A DNA stretch of 64,000 nt from a virus (lineage: Duplodnaviria > Caudoviricetes): the IMG/VR virus record IMGVR_UViG_3300037067_027643, positions 1-64,000 of that record, one strand, 5' to 3'. The notes beneath the pieces are model-generated. The model was not told where the DNA came from and did no database searches. It was given only the letters and a program-made list of their open reading frames with translations. This document shows positions 43,875 through 53,820 of the stretch, one piece after another; the first letter of the stretch is position 1; the number at the start of each line of letters is the position of its first letter. The position numbers were made by a program, and so were the translations under genes.

Positions 43875-43940
43875 ATATTAATATCTCCTTACCATGTATT
43901 TAAATAAATAGTAAAAAAATATTTTTTATAAAACAACATG

Positions 43941-44486
43941 TTAAATTATTTCATCTCCTTCGACTAATTTATATGCAAATTTTTGACCTAATTTTGTATT
44001 AACAATATCAAAATATTTTAATTTTAAATTATCATTTAAAATAATATCATCTTCCACAATAATTTCTTTTCTATTTAAAATACTAAAAAAATTATAATTG
44101 GGTATAGCTGTTAAATCATATACATCCTCTACTAAATTTGTTTTAAAAATATCAATTACCTTAAGTAATTTATTATTAACACCTAATATAGAAATTTCTT
44201 TATTATTCTGTAAATCAATATCACAAATTAATATTTGATTAAAATCTTTATCATATAATTTATGTTTAGAATTTACTAAAATATATTCTCCATTATCAAA
44301 TGATATTTTATAAATTTCGTCTTTATGATTTGTTATGCCAACCCAATCTAATTCAGATGTAAATAATATACCATTTTTATCTTGTGTAATTATTTTAATA
44401 TCACTATATTTATCTTTCCACTTTTCTAAATTATTAATTTTAATCCAACCAATATTTGTTAATACTAATGTATCACCAACAACGCA
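43941..44486 (-). mobile_element. Split-intein N-fragment (blocks A, B and F plus a 46-aa tail)
   Basis: CVVGDTLVLT, IYKISFDNG...NSKH, VYDLTAIPNYNFF, then a tail ending KLVEGDEII. Confidence 0.8.
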
Positions 44487-45371
44487 TGGGTTTGTGGTTA
44501 TCCCTTTGTATTGTGGATATTCTTCACTAATCCCTTTATCTAAGTTGTCAATAAATAGAATTCCTGGTTCTGCATTCTTCCAATTGTTATATATCAACTT
44601 ATTCCAAATATCTTTAGGATTGATTTTTTTCTTAAATTTTGCTTCTCCTGTTATTGGAAATTGTTGTTCAAATTCTTTATTGTTAATAATACAATCTAAA
44701 AATTCATTTGTTATTTTAATTGAAATATTTGCTCCGGTAATTTTTCCTTCTTCAAATTTAGCATTTATAAAGTCCTCTAAATCAGGGTGCTTACAATGCA
44801 AAGACAGCAACAAAGCTCCTCTTCTTCCATCTTGTGCTACTTCTCTAGTTGAATTACTATATCTTTCCATAAATGGAACTATTCCTGTAGATGTTAATGC
44901 GCTATTTTTAACAGGACTACCTTTTGGTCTAATATGAGATAAGTCATGACCAACACCACCTCTTCTTTTCATCAACTGAACCTGTTCTTCGTCTGTTTTT
45001 ATAATTCCTCCGTAGCTATCGCACTCATTCCCTACGACGAAGCAATTGCTAATCGAGGTAACTTGTAAATCGTTTCCGATTCCTGCCATTGCACTTCCAC
45101 CTGGAATAATATATTTAAAATTCTTTAACAAATCGTATATTTCTTCTTCACTTAGTGGATTTGGATACTTTTGTTCTATTTTTGATAATTCTTCGGCTAT
45201 TCTTTTATGCATGTCATCTGGACATTTTTCATAAATATTTCCTTCACTATCCTTTAATGCATACTTATTGATCCAAACATTTGTGGCTAGAGTGTCATTG
45301 TCAAAATATTTTAATGTTTCATTATAAACTTCTTCTCTATTAAATTTAATCATCATTTCTTTATTCTCCAA
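43941..45371 (-). CDS. nrdJ: Class II ribonucleotide reductase, N-terminal half, ending in a 181-aa intein N-fragment
   Basis: VWINKYALKD, SNCFV, RRGGVG, QDGRRGA, EPGILF, TNP|C. Confidence 0.9.
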   Translation of the reverse strand: MENKEMMIKFNREEVYNETLKYFDNDTLATNVWINKYALKDSEGNIYEKCPDDMHKRIAEELSKIEQKYPNPLSEEEIYDLLKNFKYIIPGGSAMAGIGNDLQVTSISNCFVVGNECDSYGGIIKTDEEQVQLMKRRGGVGHDLSHIRPKGSPVKNSALTSTGIVPFMERYSNSTREVAQDGRRGALLLSLHCKHPDLEDFINAKFEEGKITGANISIKITNEFLDCIINNKEFEQQFPITGEAKFKKKINPKDIWNKLIYNNWKNAEPGILFIDNLDKGISEEYPQYKGITTNPCVVGDTLVLTNIGWIKINNLEKWKDKYSDIKIITQDKNGILFTSELDWVGITNHKDEIYKISFDNGEYILVNSKHKLYDKDFNQILICDIDLQNNKEISILGVNNKLLKVIDIFKTNLVEDVYDLTAIPNYNFFSILNRKEIIVEDDIILNDNLKLKYFDIVNTKLGQKFAYKLVEGDEII

Positions 45372-45401
45372 AAAAAGTTATTATTTATAGTTATTGTTTA
45401 G

Positions 45402-46247
45402 TTATATTTCAAAAAATTCATCAAAAGTTTCATTATTTATTTGTAAATCGGTAGAATCAATTTCTAATTCTTTTATTTGTTCCATTAACACTTTATAAAC
45501 ATCACTTACATTTAAATATGGAATACTTATCACTTTTCTTACTGTATTCCAATCATAATTATTAATAACATCAATTATTTTATCTTTTATTTTATCATCC
45601 AAATTAATTTTAACTTCGATCCATGATTTTATACTAGAATTATTATCTAAAATTTTTCCTAAATAATTTCCTAATCTTTGTATTTTAAAATCGTATATTC
45701 CAGTACCGTAGGCTTCTTGATGTACTTCTATTCCTTTTAATTTTAAATTATCAATTTTCTTATCTTTATTATATTTATAAATATTAAAACAACATTTCAA
45801 TTTAATATTACTAAATAGTTGTTCTTTTAAATCTTGACTATATATTAAATCTAAATTTTTTAAGTTATTTTTATTTAACCAACTAATAGGCAAAATATAA
45901 GCTACATAATTTGATATTTGATATGATTTATTAATAAATTGAGTTAATAAATTTCTATTACTACCAAACGGAGGATTTCCAATAATTAGACATTTAGTGT
46001 TAAACGGCAATTCTAATTTTAAAAAGTCTTGATTTTGTATTCGTTCTGATTCTGGTTGTATGTCGTATGCTAAAATTTTATATTTATAATAATATTCATC
46101 AAATAAATAATTCGAAAATGAGCCGTTACCAGCGCTTGGTTCTATAATAGTATCAATTTTATCTCTACCAATAAAATCTAATGTTTGTTCTATTAATTCT
46201 TTTGATAGATTAGGATCTGTATAGTATTTATCTAATTCTATTTTCAT
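45402..46247 (-). CDS. N6-adenine-type DNA methyltransferase
   Basis: YYT, IEPSAGNGSF, GNPPFG. Confidence 0.85.
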   Translation of the reverse strand: MKIELDKYYTDPNLSKELIEQTLDFIGRDKIDTIIEPSAGNGSFSNYLFDEYYYKYKILAYDIQPESERIQNQDFLKLELPFNTKCLIIGNPPFGSNRNLLTQFINKSYQISNYVAYILPISWLNKNNLKNLDLIYSQDLKEQLFSNIKLKCCFNIYKYNKDKKIDNLKLKGIEVHQEAYGTGIYDFKIQRLGNYLGKILDNNSSIKSWIEVKINLDDKIKDKIIDVINNYDWNTVRKVISIPYLNVSDVYKVLMEQIKELEIDSTDLQINNETFDEFFEI

Positions 46248-46261
46248 CTTTAATATATTAT

Positions 46262-46696
46262 TTATTGTTTTCCAGTAGAGCCAAACCCGCCGCTACCTCT
46301 ATCTGTATCATCTAATTTATCAACTTCTATAAATTCTGCTTTTTCATGTTTACTAATTATCATCTGTGCTACTCTATCTCCATCATTAATGCAATAATCT
46401 TCGTTTGATAAATTAACAAGCATAACTAGTAAATTTCCACGGTAATCACTATCTAGCGTACCCGGAGAATTTAAAACTGTAATACCGTGTTTAATTGCTA
46501 ATCCACTTCTTGGTCTTATTTGGGATTCATATCCAATAGGTAATTCTATATAAATATCAATTGGAATTAAAATTCTTTGTAATGGTTTTATCCAAATTGA
46601 CTCATTAATATTTGCTCTTAAATCCATTCCAGCCGACCCTATTGTTTCATAATTTGGTAATGGATGTTTTGATTTATTTACTATTTTTACTTTCAT
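46262..46696 (-). CDS. dut: dUTPase
   Basis: [28 protein letters not shown]. Confidence 0.95.
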   Translation of the reverse strand: MKVKIVNKSKHPLPNYETIGSAGMDLRANINESIWIKPLQRILIPIDIYIELPIGYESQIRPRSGLAIKHGITVLNSPGTLDSDYRGNLLVMLVNLSNEDYCINDGDRVAQMIISKHEKAEFIEVDKLDDTDRGSGGFGSTGKQ

Positions 46697-48097
46697 TTAA
46701 TCAAATTTTGTTAATTTTGGTGCAATATTGTCTCTATTATTTTTTAATTGGTTATATTTAGTAGATAATAATTTTCTTGTTAATTCTTCGCTATTTTGCA
46801 TTGACATGTTTATTTCTTTTCCTTGACGTGAATCTTTATCAAATATTTGAATATCACCATTTCCGGTATTAATTTTACTAACAAACTTTAATCCATCCGG
46901 ACCAAATCTATTTTTAATAATATACCAACTTCCAAACCCAGCAGATTTTTGTTCTAACGGTCTTGCAAGTGATATTACTACATCCCCAGTCATTATTTTT
47001 GAGTAGTCCTCCGAAACCTGCGCACCAGTAATAATTTCGGACTCAGACGAGCTACGATTTCCTTGACTAGCTGTGATACAAGGGATTTTATACTTTCCTG
47101 CTAGTCCTCTTAGTTCAACATAAATATCACTTAATTCATATCTTTTTTCTCTTTTAGCATATCTAACATTACTTTTCATTAAATCAGCATAATCGACTAT
47201 TATCATATCTGGAGTAATTCCATTAAAAATAGCTTGATCAATATGTGCAGATATCATTTGAGTGCTTAATGTTCCTGCTGGATAATATTCTACAATTATA
47301 TTTCCTGGTAATCCATCTAATGATTTAACAACTGTTTCTTTTTGAAATTTTAAATCATGAAAATCAACACCAGTAAAATAAGCATCATATCTTTTTCCTG
47401 TATAATTTGGATATAGTTCTAATGTATAATGAAAAACAGTTTTACCAAGCTTAACCGCTGATCCTCCTACATTTACTAAGGTCCAGCTTTTACCTCCCCC
47501 AGCACTCGAAATAAATATAAATAGTTCTCCAGCACCGGATCCACCATGTGTAATATCATTAATTACATCCCAACCAGTAGGAATAGGATTTCTATCTTCT
47601 TCGCTGTATCTATTATCAACTTCTTTTTTATAATCGTAATATTGAAATGGTTCTATTCCTACCTTACTAGCTTGTTCTATTCTTTCTGGTACAGCATCTA
47701 ACTCACCTCGTTCTATTAATTCTACACAATCGTATATAGCTCCTGTATATTCTTGATTCCTGCAAAATTTAATAGTTTCATGCTTTATAAAATCTAATCC
47801 TTCTGCTCCTATTGAATCTTTTACTTGTTTATAATTTTCAAGTATTTGAAGTTTTAATACATCGTTGTTATTTATATTTTGTATCTGTACCTTAAAGAAT
47901 TCTTTGGTAGGACAACTATTGTATTGAGTATAATATTCTTTGATCCATTTTATTAGGGATTTATTTGCTTCACTATCAAAGTATTTTTCTTCTACATTTA
48001 TTCCTATTTGTTGATAGAATGAAGCATCGCTTATAAAGGCTGCTAATAATTTAATCTGAAAGCTAAATCCGTAATCTCCAAATGTTGTTTGTGTCAT
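46697..48097 (-). CDS. Replicative helicase (T4 gp41/DnaB-like)
   Basis: AGGGKS, TLE, IVDYADL, ASQGNR, KNRFG. Confidence 0.9.
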   Translation of the reverse strand: MTQTTFGDYGFSFQIKLLAAFISDASFYQQIGINVEEKYFDSEANKSLIKWIKEYYTQYNSCPTKEFFKVQIQNINNNDVLKLQILENYKQVKDSIGAEGLDFIKHETIKFCRNQEYTGAIYDCVELIERGELDAVPERIEQASKVGIEPFQYYDYKKEVDNRYSEEDRNPIPTGWDVINDITHGGSGAGELFIFISSAGGGKSWTLVNVGGSAVKLGKTVFHYTLELYPNYTGKRYDAYFTGVDFHDLKFQKETVVKSLDGLPGNIIVEYYPAGTLSTQMISAHIDQAIFNGITPDMIIVDYADLMKSNVRYAKREKRYELSDIYVELRGLAGKYKIPCITASQGNRSSSESEIITGAQVSEDYSKIMTGDVVISLARPLEQKSAGFGSWYIIKNRFGPDGLKFVSKINTGNGDIQIFDKDSRQGKEINMSMQNSEELTRKLLSTKYNQLKNNRDNIAPKLTKFD

Positions 48098-48130
48098 CCC
48101 TATCTTATTCCTTAGTTTTCTTCTTTATTT

Positions 48131-48143
48131 TTAATATACAAAA
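48131..48143 (-). promoter_or_regulatory. Promoter motif TTTTGTATATTAA, copy 8
   Basis: Exact repeat. Confidence 0.7.
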
Positions 48144-48152
48144 TTATTTGGA

Positions 48153-49203
48153 TTAATTATGTGATTCAAGATAATTAAAATTATTCAACCAACCAATTAT
48201 ATCTTTTACTAATGTCATCCTGTCTTCTGCAAGCATTCTTATAAAATTACTTTTAGATAGATGATTTCTTTCATTATTCATCTGAACGCTGATCTTATTT
48301 TTAGCAAACTCACTAATATCAACATTATGAAGTTGCATTAATTGTTCATTTAATCTAAGTTGTTCTCGATTCGCATTAATACTATTATATGTATTACTTG
48401 TAGATTCTTTTTCACTTGAAATATTAATGATATCTTCTACCGTTACTCTTTTATCTTGTTCAAATAATACTGGAAATCTCTTCTGTAATGTTTTTAATCC
48501 TATTCCCTTTATTCCTGGTATATTATCACTTTTATCACCTGTTAAAGCTCTGTAAGTAAGATAATTTTCTGGACTTAATTCATATTCAGTGAATACTTTG
48601 TCGGTATCATATAATATCTTTTTAGTTGGACTCCATACATTACAACCATCATTTACCAACTGTAAAAAATCTCTATCACTTGACATTACAGTTACATTAT
48701 ATCGATTAGTATCATTAAAAATACTTCTACACATATAAGCAATAGTATCATCTGCCTCTATATTATCTACTGATATTAATGTTACTGGTAATTCATGTAA
48801 GTAATCCATTAATCTTAATAGTTCATACTGCTGTTGTTTAGAGTCTTCTTCTGATGTATCGTAAAAATCAGGTCTTAAAATCTTATGAACTCTTCTTTGT
48901 GATTTATATTCTGGAAACAGTTTTCTCCTTCTTACAGATCCTCCTTTACCATCAAATACTATATATACTTTATCTGGGTTACATAGTTTTATAGCATATC
49001 CTAAACTTAGTAAGCTTCCTGTTATTCCACCTATATGAATAGCATTTTCATTGGTATTTGGTGCAACACTATAAGAACGAATAAATAAGTTTGGCTCAGA
49101 GGCCGTCGATAATCAAGATATTACTCCTGATATCGACGACCTTATTACCATTATTTTTAGCTTGTAGCATTTCTGTAAAACGCTTTAATAGATTGTTATT
49201 CAT
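48153..49203 (-). CDS. 5'-3' exonuclease / T4 RNase H (FEN-like), interrupted by a 7-nt insert at 49092-49098
   Basis: Frame 1: M..ILIIDGL-stop. Shifted frame: NLFIRSY..VFDGKGG..RR..FPEYK..EADD..SDRDFLQL..GDKSDNIPGIKGIG. Confidence 0.8.
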
Positions 49204-50431
49204 CTCCCGCTGAGCCGTTATCAATTTCTATCTCGTCAGTATCATAATTAGGTTCATTCATATTACTTGATTCTAAACTACTATCATTTTTCTTATACTT
49301 CATAATCATTGAATCACATATATCTTTATACATCCCAGCTTTTATTTCTGGTCTTTCAAGTAATAATGGTTTAAATGTTTTTTTAGTAAATTTTACTACT
49401 TCTGCTGTTTCTTTATCAACCCAGGTATAATTTGATCCAGAACCATCTATAAGTCCTCTATCAGACATAGTTTCAATCCAACTGCCTAAGTTATCTATTC
49501 CACTATCAAAATAAATATTAAATATAGCTTTTCTATGAGGTGGACCAAATCTATTTTTAATAACTTTTACTTCTGTTCTTGCTCCAATTACTTCTTCTTT
49601 TCCTTTTGGACCAATTTTAATTTGTCCTATTTGTGCAATTTTTAACCTAGCACTTGCATAGAATTGTAATGCCTTACCACCGCCAGTCGTGGACTTATCT
49701 CCGAACATTACTCCTAGCTTATCTCTAAGCTGGTTATTAAAGATAAGAAGTATATTTTCATTAGCAATTAGTTGTTTTATTTTACGCAATCCTTTAGACA
49801 TAATAATCGCCTTCGCTGTTGACCAACCATCTTTATCGTAATCACTTTCCATTTCTACCTTTGTTGATGCAGCGGCAATTGAATCTACTATAATAGTAAC
49901 TAATCTTTTTTTGCTTGATTCTCTTACTTTTGAAATAATATTTTCGATTGCTTCAAATATTTCTTCTACCAACGCTAATTGAATATATACAAATTTCTTT
50001 GGATCAGTATCTACACCTATAGCAGATAGAAACTCAACATTTAAAGAATTTTCTGTGTCTATATATACTGGTAATCCACCTTTCCGTTGAGTGTCCGCCA
50101 TAATATGCCCTGATATCAAGGATTTCCCAGATGCTTCCCATCCGAAAAATTCCAAAATTCTTGCACTAGGTAAGCCTCCATTAGGTCTATTACTAATCGC
50201 GATATCTAACACATCACTACCTGTGGAAACCCAGTCATTTAAGTCAGATGGAGTTTCTTCACTTCCATCAAGATAATAAGCTACTTTTTCATATTCTTTA
50301 CTAAACTTTTTATTTAAGCTTTCAACAATACTTAATGATAAACTATCTTGTATTTCTGCTTTAGATTTTAATTTAGAATCAACTACCCCAGAATCATCCG
50401 GAGTAGTTTCTATTGATTTCTTTTTTGCCAT
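49196..50431 (-). CDS. recA: RecA/UvsX recombinase
   Basis: GWEASGKS, YIDTE, VDSIAA, NQLR, GGKALQFYAS, KNR. Confidence 0.93.
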   Translation of the reverse strand: MAKKKSIETTPDDSGVVDSKLKSKAEIQDSLSLSIVESLNKKFSKEYEKVAYYLDGSEETPSDLNDWVSTGSDVLDIAISNRPNGGLPSARILEFFGWEASGKSLISGHIMADTQRKGGLPVYIDTENSLNVEFLSAIGVDTDPKKFVYIQLALVEEIFEAIENIISKVRESSKKRLVTIIVDSIAAASTKVEMESDYDKDGWSTAKAIIMSKGLRKIKQLIANENILLIFNNQLRDKLGVMFGDKSTTGGGKALQFYASARLKIAQIGQIKIGPKGKEEVIGARTEVKVIKNRFGPPHRKAIFNIYFDSGIDNLGSWIETMSDRGLIDGSGSNYTWVDKETAEVVKFTKKTFKPLLLERPEIKAGMYKDICDSMIMKYKKNDSSLESSNMNEPNYDTDEIEIDNGSAGDE

Positions 50432-50439
50432 ACTTACTA

Positions 50440-51351
50440 TTAATTAAAAATTTCATCAAATGCTTGATTAACATCTTTTGTTGCTGTTGGCTTAATAGTA
50501 GCAGCTGTAGGTTTTACTGTAGTAGATGGAGTAGTTTTAGCGGTAGCTGTTGCAATTGATTTATTTACAACTACTTGTTTTGGTTTTGGTTGTTCAACAA
50601 CTGGTTTGGTTTCTTCTACCACCTGTTCTTCTACAACGGTTTCTTCTGTTTCATCGGTAGTTGTTTGTTCTTCTGTGTTTGTAGCAGTTGTTTCGCCTCC
50701 TGGTTCTAACCATTTAGCTAACATATCAGCTAATTCATCATAGGTAGATTTTGGATAGATATTATAAATATCAGTTTGTTTTGTTAAAATCAAATCTAAT
50801 ACAGCAGGATCATTAGTTGCTTTAGTAACATTTGGTTTTACTCTAACACTAATTTTGCCATATTTATTCTTTGCTACAGCTGGTTCAGTAAATTCTACAA
50901 CTATATCTCTTCCAGCATTTAAATCTGTAATATCACCGTAATCTGGATCTGTAGTGATTTTTAATAATTCTTGATATTGATCTTTACCAAATCCCCAAAA
51001 TTTAACTCCTTCTTTTTCTTTTCCTCTTACAATAATAGGAACAAATACTCTTAAAGATGGTTCTAATTTTTTTCCTAGCATCCAATCATCTTTATCTCCG
51101 GTGTTTTGAAGTGATAATGCAAATTCTTCAATTGGATCTAATTCTCCAAATGTTGTTAATGCTAATGGTTTTTTCTTACCACAGTTATAATGAAAATATA
51201 ATTCAATAAATGGATCATCTTTTCTAAATTGATAAGGTACAATTCTGATAATGTTTTCACCTGGTGCAGGTTTCCACTTGTTTTTGTTTACATTTGTGTT
51301 ACTTTGCAATGCTTTTAATTTTTTTCTCATTGCTTCTACGTCAATTGCCAT
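50440..51351 (-). CDS. Single-stranded DNA-binding protein (T4 gp32-like)
   Basis: WKP..G...IRIVP, FWGFGK, DITD...GRD, acidic tail. Confidence 0.8.
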   Translation of the reverse strand: MAIDVEAMRKKLKALQSNTNVNKNKWKPAPGENIIRIVPYQFRKDDPFIELYFHYNCGKKKPLALTTFGELDPIEEFALSLQNTGDKDDWMLGKKLEPSLRVFVPIIVRGKEKEGVKFWGFGKDQYQELLKITTDPDYGDITDLNAGRDIVVEFTEPAVAKNKYGKISVRVKPNVTKATNDPAVLDLILTKQTDIYNIYPKSTYDELADMLAKWLEPGGETTATNTEEQTTTDETEETVVEEQVVEETKPVVEQPKPKQVVVNKSIATATAKTTPSTTVKPTAATIKPTATKDVNQAFDEIFN

Positions 51352-51445
51352 AATTTTTCTCCTTTTAATAGTTAATTGTTATTATTTAATAGTCATTAGT
51401 TTAATTCAAATAGGTCGACAAATTCTATTTGAAGTCTTATTTATT

Positions 51446-51458
51446 TTAATATACAAAA
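51446..51458 (-). promoter_or_regulatory. Promoter motif TTTTGTATATTAA, copy 9
   Basis: Exact repeat. Confidence 0.7.
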
Positions 51459-51496
51459 TTTTTATGAATTATTTTAGAAATTTGTAAAGTTTATTT

Positions 51497-52645
51497 TTAT
51501 AAATCAAGAAGTATTTTTAAACCATCATATTTTTTATCAATAATAAATAAAAAATCATATCCAAGTTTTATGCTGCCTATGCGTTTAGCTAAATTTTTAT
51601 TCAAATATGTATTATAATAATATACACTTTTAACTTCTATAATCAAATTATATTTTGGTAAATAAAAATCTGAGTGATATACTCTATTTTTATTATTATG
51701 AATATATCTTAAGCTTGGACCATTTTCTACAACTATATTATATTTTTCACAAAATTCTAAAAAATCGTATTCATAACTTCCTTGATATGATAATGTGGTA
51801 TCTTTATACAATTTAGCTTTAAAAGAATTCATTTGCATTTTATGAAACATCTCTGGATTTTGAGTATTGTTTTCATAGCCACAATGTTCTTTTTTAGTTT
51901 GTCTAGTTTTATTTTTAACTATTTCTGATTTTGTAGCATGATCAAATCCATATCTATCAATATATGTAAGTGTTCTTTTTTCTTTACATGAATCTAATTG
52001 CATATTATGTTCTACACCAAAATTTTCTCTATAAAAATCTTTAATCTTTTCTTTTATTATGTCTGAAGCAAATACATTTTCGGTTCCATAAAGTTTAACA
52101 TTAGTTATTTTTGTTTTTTCTTTAAATTCTGGAGTTTGCATTAACATTTCGTATCCATATTTTTCTTTATTTGTCTTTTTAATTTTTTTTGATGTTGATT
52201 TTGAACCTAAACCCATTCCACCATACAATTCATTTTGAGTTTGTTTAGTCTTTTCTTTTATCTCTTCATTCTGTTGACAATGCGGAACTCCAAAATGTTT
52301 AATACTAGTTGCTTTCATTTTATCTTGTACCCACTCTAATGAAGTAGTTGATTCTACACCATATCTTTCCATACAAGTATTTTTAACCTTTTCTCTACTA
52401 CATTTTGATGAGCAACTATAATATCCTCCATTTTTAATATTTTTTAAATATGCTTTATAACTTATTATTTTTTCATTACCACAAACATCACATTTAACTC
52501 TTACTTTTGTATAACTACCAGGATGTAAATCTGTAATCTTACATATAAATTTATCATTAAATCCAGTAAATGTATAACCTAAATTAATATAATATTTACA
52601 CATATTTGGATTAAACCGTATTTCAACAAATTCATCTAACAACAT
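51497..52645 (-). mobile_element. Free-standing putative homing endonuclease (Zn ribbon, KxTxxExYG repeats, PD-(D/E)XK domain)
   Basis: CDVCG, about 8 'K.K.T..E.YG' repeats, YHSDFYLP...IEVKS; start taken at ATG 52645. Confidence 0.7.
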
Positions 52646-52649
52646 AATA

Positions 52650-53717
52650 CTAACAATAAAATGGAAACCATTCAACTTTACATCTAGAAATACTATCTTT
52701 TACAATATGTAAATCAATAATACAAAACCCAACATGAGCAGCTAATCGTTTTCCTTGCATCCAATTTGTTTGACGTTGCATGCTTCCGGCTGATACACAA
52801 TGAATATTTCGTTCAAATATATAAGCAAATTTATGGCAATGCCCCAAACCTAAAAAATGGGGTTTTGTACCTCCAGTCAAGCTTTCTACAACTTTTTGTA
52901 TTCGATAACTTAGAGCGTAGCTCGATGCATCTTCACCATGCCATAAACGTATTTTAATATCTTTTTTTAATATAATATCCCCCACATCATGTCCTAAAAA
53001 TGTAGCTCCTATTCGTTCACAAACATCTTTAACAAACAGAGCACCTGCCGACTTTATGAACCAGCGATCATGGTTCCCATCTATCATATATAATGGAGCT
53101 GGACAATCTTTTAATAATTTTACAGTATGTTCTTTTTGTTTATCGTAGCCTAAATCACATAATTCGTAGATTTGGCCGGGTCTTTGACTCATACCCTCTG
53201 CAAGATCTCCAGTATGTCCAACAAATTCAACTCCTTCTTTTCTAAATTGGTCAAATGCTTGATAGATAAAATCATCATGAGTGTACATAGAACCAATATG
53301 AGTATCTCCAAATAATCCAAATTTAATATGATCACCATCAAAATGAATTTCTGGTACTTTTATTATCTGTTGTAATAAACTAGAACCATTTGCTATTAGT
53401 CTTAGTTCCTCTGGAGAATAACGTTCTTTTATTTTTGTAATTATTTTATCTTCTTTTTGTTGTTTAATTTCTTTGGGAGAACTACACTCATTATTTATTT
53501 TTTCTTTTTTAGTCTTTGGTTCAAAATTGGTTATAAAATTATCTACTAATTCTAAACTCCAAAAATCACCACATGTTTTAATTTTTCTACAGATTGCACG
53601 TTCTATGTTTTTTGTTTTAATTCCGTCCCATTTTATTTCTTTGAAATTGTTATATTCTTTGATATATTCGCCTGTTTCTCCATCGTAGCGATAGATTTTA
53701 CTCTGTTTATTTACCAT
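52650..53717 (-). CDS. Calcineurin-like metallophosphoesterase with NUMOD1-like N-terminus
   Basis: GDTH, GDL, GNHD, HG, GHCH. Confidence 0.8.
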   Translation of the reverse strand: MVNKQSKIYRYDGETGEYIKEYNNFKEIKWDGIKTKNIERAICRKIKTCGDFWSLELVDNFITNFEPKTKKEKINNECSSPKEIKQQKEDKIITKIKERYSPEELRLIANGSSLLQQIIKVPEIHFDGDHIKFGLFGDTHIGSMYTHDDFIYQAFDQFRKEGVEFVGHTGDLAEGMSQRPGQIYELCDLGYDKQKEHTVKLLKDCPAPLYMIDGNHDRWFIKSAGALFVKDVCERIGATFLGHDVGDIILKKDIKIRLWHGEDASSYALSYRIQKVVESLTGGTKPHFLGLGHCHKFAYIFERNIHCVSAGSMQRQTNWMQGKRLAAHVGFCIIDLHIVKDSISRCKVEWFPFYC

Positions 53718-53820
53718 AGTTTATTTATTTAATTTAAATTTTTTTATATTTTTGATTATGGAATCTATATTATATATTATAAATACAACTCCAATACCTA
53801 TTATCATTCCTGTTAACATA

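Noticed and set aside
49096-49098. Stop-codon reassignment or TGA readthrough as the explanation for the RNase H break
   Set aside because: Readthrough stays in the wrong frame and meets TAG 8 codons later; other genes are intact under the standard code
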